32,000 bases of DNA from Candidatus Saccharimonadota bacterium. GTDB lineage: Archaea > Micrarchaeota > Micrarchaeia > Micrarchaeales > Micrarchaeaceae. Positions 25,998 through 32,000 of the stretch are shown here, in pieces; positions within the stretch are counted from its first letter, which is position 1; each line of letters opens with the position of its first letter. The DNA lies in assembly GCA_021654395.1 (NCBI GenBank), contig AP024486.1:390001-422000 (forward strand). The letters are read 5' to 3'. A model generated the notes under the pieces. It saw nothing but the letters and a program-made list of their open reading frames with translations. It had not been told where the DNA came from and did not search any database. A program made the position numbers and the translations under genes.

Positions 25998-26336
25998 CTA
26001 TTGCTTGTTGCTCTTTACATAGCTATTCAGCTTCTCTCTAAGCTCCTTCTCTTGCTTAGATAGCTCTTGGTAGCTCTTCTCTATAGTACTTAGTCTAAGC
26101 TGCAGTAGCTCGCTACTCTCATCTATCTCTTTTATAGCAGATTCCTTATCTGTTTCAACTAGCACGTTTCCAATATACTTAAAGATCTTGCCATTGCTAT
26201 TCTGTATCGCGCTCTTGGAGCTATCAAGTAGCTTTATCTGAGCCTTATACTGCTCTCTCTCTATAACTATATTCTGTAGGCTCTCTTGTATCTCTTGATA
26301 CTTCTTAACTAAGCTTTCAATATCTTCATTGTTCAT
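25998..26336 (-). CDS. pfdB: Prefoldin beta subunit
   Basis: 112 aa. Two long coiled-coil heptad regions flank a central beta hairpin (FKYIGNVLVETDK), the typical GimC beta layout. Confidence 0.8.
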   Translation of the reverse strand: MNNEDIESLVKKYQEIQESLQNIVIEREQYKAQIKLLDSSKSAIQNSNGKIFKYIGNVLVETDKESAIKEIDESSELLQLRLSTIEKSYQELSKQEKELREKLNSYVKSNKQ

Positions 26337-26367
26337 GTTTAAGCACTTTAATTAAATTACAAAAAGA

Positions 26368-26383
26368 CTATATAAAAAGCTTT
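26368..26383 (-). promoter_or_regulatory. Candidate BRE/TATA for the prefoldin-DHH-mre11 operon (AAAGCTTTTTATATAG)
   Basis: About 37 nt upstream of ATG 26336. Matches the recurrent AAAGCTTT+TA-rich motif in this window. Confidence 0.4.
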
Positions 26384-26477
26384 ATCTATCTAGCTTTACA
26401 ACAAGATATATTAAGTATCTATCTAAAAAGCATTTAGCATGTGTTAATCTTTACTTATAATCAATTTTTCCTGTAAA

Positions 26478-26492
26478 TAGCTTTTTAAAGCT
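26478..26492 (+). promoter_or_regulatory. Candidate BRE/TATA for the Tes-like gene (TAGCTTTTTAAAGCT, palindromic)
   Basis: About 45 nt upstream of ATG 26529. agcttt-tt-aaagct is a perfect palindrome. Confidence 0.4.
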
Positions 26493-26528
26493 TATCTTTT
26501 ATGATTAAATACTAGTTAGTGATTTGTC

Positions 26529-28325
26529 ATGGAAAAGGTTGAGGAGCAGATTGATAGAGATGCATTAAATCCAGTGCTACAGCCGTATAGAAGAACAATT
26601 GAGGAGATAGAGAAGATGCCGATAATAGAAAAGACGCAGACCGTCTGCCCTGAGTGCAAGCTTATAATACAAGGTACAATCTATAGAGATGGAGATAATG
26701 TAATGATTAGAAAGTACTGCCCAGAGCATGGCTGGTTCATAGAGAAGTACTGGGAAGATTACGATATGTATATGAAAATGAGAAACTATAACTACTACGG
26801 CAGAGGATTTCAGAATCCAAATCTTGTAACTGATACAAAAGGAGCATTATGCCCTTTTGACTGTGGAATGTGTGAGAGGCACAAGTCACATAGCGGATTA
26901 GTTAACGTTGTTGTAACAAATAGATGCCATCTAAGCTGCTGGTACTGCTTCTTCTATGCAAAAGAAGGAGAGCCAATATACGAGCCAAATCTAGAAGAGA
27001 TAAAGAAGATGTTTATAAATCTTAGAAATCAGAAGCCTATTCCAGCAAATGCTATACAGATAACAGGTGGAGAGCCAACGTTACATCCAGATATAATAAA
27101 GATAGTAGAGCTTGCAAAGGAGGTTGGATTTGATCAGATTCAGCTTAATACAACTGGAATAACTATAGCGCAGAATCCAAAGCTAGCATATGAGCTAAGA
27201 AGAGCAGGAGTCAGTACTTTGTATATGAGCTTCGATGGCGTATCTAAGAGAGCCAATCCGAAGAATCATTGGGAGGTTCCTCTAACATTAGAAGCATTGA
27301 GAAAGGCAGGATTAGGTGCAGTTCTAGTACCAACTGTTATAAGAACAGTAAATGATCATGAGCTTGGCGCTATAATTAACTTCGCATTAAATAATATAGA
27401 TGTAGTAAGAGCAGTTAACTTCCAACCAGTATCACTAGTAGGAAGAATGCCAAGTAGATTAAGAGAGAAGCAGAGAATAACAATACCTGGAGCAATAAAG
27501 CTAATAGAAGAGCAGACTAACGGTATAATAGCAAAGGAGGACTGGTTCTCAGTTCCTTATGCGGGTGGTATAAATAGATTTATAGAAGCCTTATCTGGAG
27601 AATATAAGTATGATCTATCAATACACTTTGCATGCGGAGCAGGTACCTATGTATTCTTGGATAGAAGAAACAAGATAATACCAATAACAAGATTTGTAAA
27701 TGTAGAAGGCTTATTAGAGCATCTACAAGAAGCAGTAGATAAGATGGAAGGTAAGAGTAGAATAGTAAAGAAGATGATAGCATTAGAGGCTTTATATGGT
27801 ATAAGAAAGTTCATTGATGAGAAGAGCATGCCAGATGGAGTAAACTTTACAAAGCTACTAATGAGCATATTCTTAAAGAGAGACTTTGCAAGTATGGGTA
27901 GATTACAGATGCATTCATTATTCTTAGGAATGATGCACTTCCAGGACGAGTATACATATGATATACATAGAGTAGAGAAGTGCGATATCCATTATACATT
28001 ACCTGATGGTAGAGTACTGCCATTCTGCACATTTAACGTATTTCCAGAAGTATATAGAGATAAGGTCCAGAGGCAGTATAGCATACCTGCAGAGGAATGG
28101 CAAAAGATGCATCCAGGATGGAGCTATAGAGCAGATAAGTACATAAGAGACGTTAAGAAGCTAGAGGCAGAGCCAGCATATAGAAGAGCATACGGAGATC
28201 TAATAGACTACTTTGCATTACCAATAAATAGAGGAAAGCCAGTAAAGAACTTTGTCAGAGAGGAGTTTAAGCTTCAAGAAGAAGAGCAATGCGCATGCGG
28301 TGGCAACTGTAGCTGCCACAGTTGA
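26529..28325 (+). CDS. tes: Radical SAM protein of the COG1964/MJ0619 family, candidate tetraether lipid synthase (Tes/GDGT-MAS)
   Basis: N-terminal Zn-ribbon/rubredoxin-like CPEC...CPEHG, auxiliary CPFDCGMCERH, radical SAM TNRCHLSCWYCF, then ITGGEPT, NTTG, SFDG, VPTVIRTVND and FQPVSLVGRM. Cys-rich tail CACGGNCSC. Confidence 0.65.
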   Translation: MEKVEEQIDRDALNPVLQPYRRTIEEIEKMPIIEKTQTVCPECKLIIQGTIYRDGDNVMIRKYCPEHGWFIEKYWEDYDMYMKMRNYNYYGRGFQNPNLVTDTKGALCPFDCGMCERHKSHSGLVNVVVTNRCHLSCWYCFFYAKEGEPIYEPNLEEIKKMFINLRNQKPIPANAIQITGGEPTLHPDIIKIVELAKEVGFDQIQLNTTGITIAQNPKLAYELRRAGVSTLYMSFDGVSKRANPKNHWEVPLTLEALRKAGLGAVLVPTVIRTVNDHELGAIINFALNNIDVVRAVNFQPVSLVGRMPSRLREKQRITIPGAIKLIEEQTNGIIAKEDWFSVPYAGGINRFIEALSGEYKYDLSIHFACGAGTYVFLDRRNKIIPITRFVNVEGLLEHLQEAVDKMEGKSRIVKKMIALEALYGIRKFIDEKSMPDGVNFTKLLMSIFLKRDFASMGRLQMHSLFLGMMHFQDEYTYDIHRVEKCDIHYTLPDGRVLPFCTFNVFPEVYRDKVQRQYSIPAEEWQKMHPGWSYRADKYIRDVKKLEAEPAYRRAYGDLIDYFALPINRGKPVKNFVREEFKLQEEEQCACGGNCSCHS

Positions 28326-28337
28326 TTTTATTTGTTT
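28326..28337 (+). terminator. T-rich tract (ttttatttgttt) immediately after the Tes-like stop
   Basis: An oligo-T signal of the kind used by archaeal RNAP. It is followed by a 94-nt gap before the next gene. Confidence 0.3.
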
Positions 28338-28419
28338 AACATATTTAGTAGGCAATTTAATTTTGCTTATCTGAGAGATCTTGCTAATAATACAGATGCT
28401 ATTGTAACAGTGAATAATT

Positions 28420-29118
28420 ATGGAGAAATCTGACGAGCTTATAGAGAGATTAAATAAGATTAGCTATTCGGATGATAGATTAAATCATAACGAAGGCTTT
28501 AATCCTTATATAGAAGAGAATGGGGTTAAGTTCATAATACCATATAAGATAATAACAGAGGTGAAGTTTAAGGTTAAGAAAGAGGATCTTATAGATATAC
28601 CACATTCCGCAAGGTTACAGTATAGGCTAATGCTTCTAGATGCTGTAATAAGAGCAACAGTCGATTTTACAAGAGAGAGAATAACGATAGTATATAATGA
28701 TGTTAATAATTTTAATAATAAGCCAAAGCTTTCAATAGATGAGATAGTAGAGTTCCTTAATGTTAATGGAGTTCATGTATCTAGAGATGACATAATAGAG
28801 AGAAGAGATTATGACTATTATAAAGAGTTCTATAGCTATACATACAATCCAAAGGTAATAAGAAAGGCTGCTCCTTATGGAATATCTCAAGAGGAATGGG
28901 ATAGAATTGCTCCAGAGTATGAAAGAATGATCAAAGAAGCAGAGAGAAAGAAGATAGATAGCTTTAAGGCATGGCAGAGGCAGTACGAGTTAGAGCATAG
29001 AGACGTATTTGGTGTAACAGATAATCTTTCAGAGGATAAAGGGGTCTTGCAGAGATTTAAGAGACTCTTTATAAAGAAGGAGGATAGCAATAAAGGATAC
29101 TGGTTCCATGGCTTATAG
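28420..29118 (+). CDS. Hypothetical protein with a central HMA-like (ferredoxin-fold) pattern lacking the CxxC site
   Basis: FKVKK...LDAVIRATVDFTRERITIVYN...LSIDEIVEFLNVNGVHV follows the HMA beta-alpha-beta-beta-alpha-beta spacing, but there are no cysteines. The C-terminal half is charged, helical and aromatic-rich. Confidence 0.55.
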   Translation: MEKSDELIERLNKISYSDDRLNHNEGFNPYIEENGVKFIIPYKIITEVKFKVKKEDLIDIPHSARLQYRLMLLDAVIRATVDFTRERITIVYNDVNNFNNKPKLSIDEIVEFLNVNGVHVSRDDIIERRDYDYYKEFYSYTYNPKVIRKAAPYGISQEEWDRIAPEYERMIKEAERKKIDSFKAWQRQYELEHRDVFGVTDNLSEDKGVLQRFKRLFIKKEDSNKGYWFHGL

Positions 29119-29132
29119 TATCATGATCTAAT

Positions 29133-29744
29133 ATGATAGTAGCTATAGATACGTACTCATTATTTAATACTAATCTAGATAAAGAGAGCTTCTTAATAGA
29201 AGCGATAAGGAATGTATTTGGTGTATCAGCAGAAGATATAGATATGAGCGATTATGGAAAGCTATTTATAAGAGATTTCCTTAGAGAGACTCTTCTAAAG
29301 CAAGGCATAGATATTGAGAGCATAGAGGCAAAGATGAATGTAATGCTAAGCGAGATAGAGTATACTTATATGAACTTTAGTGGTATGTCTAAGCTTGTAA
29401 AGACAGATAAGCATCTTGCTAAAGGCCTCGAGAAGTTTTATAAGGTTGCATCGAACAAGGCTATCTCCATAGTTTTATTAAGTGGTGAGCCGCTGCATAT
29501 AGCTGATGTTAAGCTTAATAAGTCCTCTGTTGACATAGCAAGGCTTGTATCTAAGAGATATCATGCAAATGATTTCAACTCATATAAAGACGAGCTAGAG
29601 GCAGCTCTTAAAGATACTAATATAGATATGGGCATAGCAGCTAATGATCAGCTATTTAATGCTTTTAACGATAAAGCTATAAAAGCAATAAAGACAGCAG
29701 ATCTAAGCAGCAAGGAGCTTCTCAATCTAATAAATAGGTTGTAA
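29133..29744 (+). CDS. Hypothetical protein, possibly a degenerate HAD-like fold
   Basis: N-terminal MIVAIDTYSLF resembles HAD motif I but lacks the second Asp. IVLLSGEP resembles motif II. The assignment is weak. Confidence 0.45.
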   Translation: MIVAIDTYSLFNTNLDKESFLIEAIRNVFGVSAEDIDMSDYGKLFIRDFLRETLLKQGIDIESIEAKMNVMLSEIEYTYMNFSGMSKLVKTDKHLAKGLEKFYKVASNKAISIVLLSGEPLHIADVKLNKSSVDIARLVSKRYHANDFNSYKDELEAALKDTNIDMGIAANDQLFNAFNDKAIKAIKTADLSSKELLNLINRL

Positions 29745-30673
29745 TGTTTACTATATTTATAAAAGCTCAAAGATCAGCCCTAATAGCAGATTATATAAAT
29801 GAGCTATACAATAAAGTAGCTACATTATTAGATAATGATATAATAAGCATTAAGGATATACCATTAACGCTATGCATATCTATAATAGAAGATCCATTAA
29901 TAAATAGACATATAAGTAAGGTTATACTAGCTAATGAAGCTGTAGATAGCATAGAGGAGTTGGTAACTGTTATAAAAGAGAGAGTTAAGAATGAGTATAC
30001 TAGATTAGAAGTAGTTCCATCAGAAGCAGAAGATAAGCTGTTACTTGATATGGAAGCTAATGGTATAAAGCTCTCTCCTAGCAGATACGATAAAGTACTT
30101 TATATATTTAAAGGTAATAAGATATACTTCTCATTGTTAGATAAGAGCTATATATTTAAGAAGATTCAAGATAGGCATATATCAAGAGCATACTATAAGA
30201 TGATGGAGGCTGTAAAGAGATTTAAGATTAGTTTGTCTAAAAGCTACTCTGTATTAGACATCGGCGCTGCTCCTGGAGGCTGGTCAGAGTATCTTAAGGA
30301 TTATGTAAAAGAGATAGTAGCTGTAGATCCTGGAGATCTTTTAGTAAATAGTTATAATATAAGGCATATTAAAGGCAGATTCGAGGATGTAGTAGATAGT
30401 TTAGCTGAATACTGCTGCTTTGATCTAATCGTTATTGATGTAAATAGAGATCCTATATATGCAGCAGAGCTTCTCATAAAAGCTAGTGGCCTTGCTAAGA
30501 AGGACGCTAAGATAATAATGACTGCTAAGCTATTTAAAAGAAGTAAGTCATATAGGGATCATATAATAGAGAGATTTAGATCTGTTATAAAGGATAGATT
30601 CTTATTATTAGATATGAAGAGATTGATATCAAATAGCGATAATGAGATCACACTTCTATTGAGTAAGATATAG
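29744..30673 (+). CDS. FtsJ/RlmM-like SAM-dependent RNA ribose 2'-O-methyltransferase with an N-terminal THUMP-like region
   Basis: ISRAYYKMMEAVKRF followed by VLDIGAAPGGWSEYL (RrmJ/FtsJ motif I), then AVDPG and VIDVN. The start ATG overlaps the previous stop (TAATG). Confidence 0.7.
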   Translation: MFTIFIKAQRSALIADYINELYNKVATLLDNDIISIKDIPLTLCISIIEDPLINRHISKVILANEAVDSIEELVTVIKERVKNEYTRLEVVPSEAEDKLLLDMEANGIKLSPSRYDKVLYIFKGNKIYFSLLDKSYIFKKIQDRHISRAYYKMMEAVKRFKISLSKSYSVLDIGAAPGGWSEYLKDYVKEIVAVDPGDLLVNSYNIRHIKGRFEDVVDSLAEYCCFDLIVIDVNRDPIYAAELLIKASGLAKKDAKIIMTAKLFKRSKSYRDHIIERFRSVIKDRFLLLDMKRLISNSDNEITLLLSKI

Positions 30674-31540
30674 CTAAAATAGGGCTATTATCATATATAA
30701 GAGCGATGCTATGAACATAAGCGCAAGAGTATAGTCTCTTAAGCGTTTGCCTAGATTCTTACTAAGTCTCTTAGATCTTATAATGTAGATATAAGATATA
30801 TACAATAGAGCTATATCAACTAAAGATATTGTATATATATAGATAATATCAGATCTATATGGGGGATCATAATAGAATACGTATATGCTTAATACAACTG
30901 CTATAAGGTTCATTAAGAAAGCTAGCGCTGCAGCCCATCTCTTTCCTATTATCATAGCTATACTCTTGACATTCCTTAGCTTATCTCCATCATAATCTCT
31001 TATTACTCCCTGTATCTCTCTAGCCATTCCATAGAAGAATGCAATAGCGCTAATTACTAATATTGTATTATCTAATCTTACTCCATTAATAAGTCCACCG
31101 TATATGAAAGGTATGGCCATCGTAGAGGCTATCACAATATTTCCTATTAAAGGAATAAGCTTGAGCTTATAGCTATAAAGAAATGCAAGCAATATAAAAG
31201 CGATTATAACAAGCATAGCGTATATATTAAGATATAGAGCAAGTATTATAGATATAAGAACAGATATATTATAATAGAATAGGGCCTCTTTCTTACTTAT
31301 ACTTCCATTCACAAGAGGCCTATCATTTCTTTTATTAGCTCTGTCTACATCCACATCAAAGTAGTCGTTTATTATGAATGATGAGGCACTAACCAGTATG
31401 GGCGGTATAAAGTATAAGAAGTAGTTTATACTTAGAGATACGCTCTTTGATATTGCACTGCTAGTTAATATAGCAATTATTATTATTAAAGAGTGCTCTA
31501 TCCTTGTTAGCTTTATAATTGCCTTTAGCTTTTGTAGCAT
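30674..31540 (-). CDS. UbiA-family prenyltransferase; candidate digeranylgeranylglyceryl phosphate synthase (MenA-like role not excluded)
   Basis: About 8 TM helices. Asp-rich motifs NDYFDVDVDRANKRNDRPLVNG and AREIQGVIRDYDGDKLRNVKSIAMIIG. 288 aa. Confidence 0.75.
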   Translation of the reverse strand: MLQKLKAIIKLTRIEHSLIIIIAILTSSAISKSVSLSINYFLYFIPPILVSASSFIINDYFDVDVDRANKRNDRPLVNGSISKKEALFYYNISVLISIILALYLNIYAMLVIIAFILLAFLYSYKLKLIPLIGNIVIASTMAIPFIYGGLINGVRLDNTILVISAIAFFYGMAREIQGVIRDYDGDKLRNVKSIAMIIGKRWAAALAFLMNLIAVVLSIYVFYYDPPYRSDIIYIYTISLVDIALLYISYIYIIRSKRLSKNLGKRLRDYTLALMFIASLLYMIIALF

Positions 31541-31583
31541 ACTACTAATTAATATTTAAATTTTAAATTAGATATGTATCTTT

Positions 31584-32000
31584 ATGAGACTTCAATCTGC
31601 ACTTGACTTTTTAATAGAGTATGGTGTTGCATTTACAATTATAACTTTAGCGCTAGCCTTAATAGGTATATACTTTACCAGATCCCCTCTCAATCAGTAT
31701 AATGCACCACAATGCAATATACTAGCAACTTACATGGACTGCTTAAGCTCACATATATTTACACAAGGCAGCAAGATACTTATCTATATACAAGGCAGCA
31801 ATCTATTAAGTACATCCATACTTATGCCATTAGGCTCTATAGAGGTAAGCTATAATAACGCATTATACGCTGGCAATTGTACTCCGCAGTTTGTCCTGCC
31901 TGGAAGCTACTTCTCATGTTATGTATTAATTCAGTCTTCTGCACCGATCTTTAAGCAGAATCTGCAGTACACATTCTATATAAACTATATATCATGCAAT
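31584..32000 (+). CDS. Partial CDS: type IV pilin-like protein with a class III signal peptide (continues beyond the window)
   Basis: MRLQSALDFLIEYGVAFTIITLALALIGIYF matches the archaeal prepilin pattern (basic residue, Q-S-A, acidic residue, then a hydrophobic helix). The frame is open for 139 codons to the window edge. A TATA-like box at 31552-31570 suggests a leaderless mRNA. Confidence 0.6.
   Translation, partial: MRLQSALDFLIEYGVAFTIITLALALIGIYFTRSPLNQYNAPQCNILATYMDCLSSHIFTQGSKILIYIQGSNLLSTSILMPLGSIEVSYNNALYAGNCTPQFVLPGSYFSCYVLIQSSAPIFKQNLQYTFYINYISCN

Noticed and set aside
2361-29090. Short antisense or overlapping ORFs in the track: 2361-2567, 3682-3897, 4300-4641, 9822-10091, 11364-11699, 12522-12830, 14859-15185, 16343-16618, 17183-17440, 17640-17894, 19913-20107, 21286-21483, 21625-21933, 22072-22266, 23951-24184, 24373-24585, 27580-28032, 28887-29090.
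   Set aside because: Each is embedded opposite or out of frame within a longer ORF that has clear family motifs. Their Ser/Leu/Ile-rich low-complexity translations are typical shadow ORFs of AT-rich coding sequence.
1-32000. CRISPR arrays, IS elements, integrases, prophage or toxin-antitoxin modules, and tRNA/5S/16S genes.
   Set aside because: There are no spaced direct repeats, terminal inverted repeats, transposase/integrase-like ORFs or GC-rich tRNA-sized islands. The only long inverted repeat is the rRNA processing stem.

Overview
The window is a compact, AT-rich archaeal chromosomal segment. About 30 tightly packed genes sit on both strands, plus one strongly GC-rich 23S rRNA gene (minus strand, about 6775-9605). 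That rRNA gene is not linked to a 16S or 5S gene; it lies between bcp and tfb. Most of the content is housekeeping: PheRS alpha, TruD, TFB, proteasome beta, aCPSF1, MetAP, family-B DNA polymerase, Mre11, a DHH/RecJ-like nuclease and prefoldin beta. There is a visible isoprenoid/lipid theme: a trans-polyprenyl synthase beside UbiE/MenG, the cis-prenyltransferase UppS, a Tes-like (COG1964-type) radical SAM protein, and a UbiA-family prenyltransferase that is a DGGGP-synthase candidate. There are also surface components: two N-glycosylation-sequon-rich membrane proteins, an A24 prepilin peptidase, and a partial pilin-like gene with a class III signal peptide at the 3' edge. The unlinked 23S, the quinone methyltransferase, the GH15-like enzyme, Tes and the sequon-rich proteins fit a Thermoplasmata-like archaeon, or another small-genome one. 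I cannot assign taxonomy from sequence alone. I found no CRISPR array, transposase, integrase, tRNA or recognisable defence system. The clearest sequence-level anomaly is uppS. It has an intact 231-codon frame with no ATG/GTG/TTG before the catalytic DGNRRW motif, and the only upstream ATG is cut off by an in-frame TAA. A GGTG-N6 Shine-Dalgarno spacing, as used by other genes here, points at an ATA codon. The most system-like candidates are hypotheses only. One is the prefoldin-DHH-Mre11 operon, which lacks an adjacent rad50 and has an Asn-to-Thr change in Mre11 motif III. The other is the Tes to UbiA interval, which holds three uncharacterised genes.
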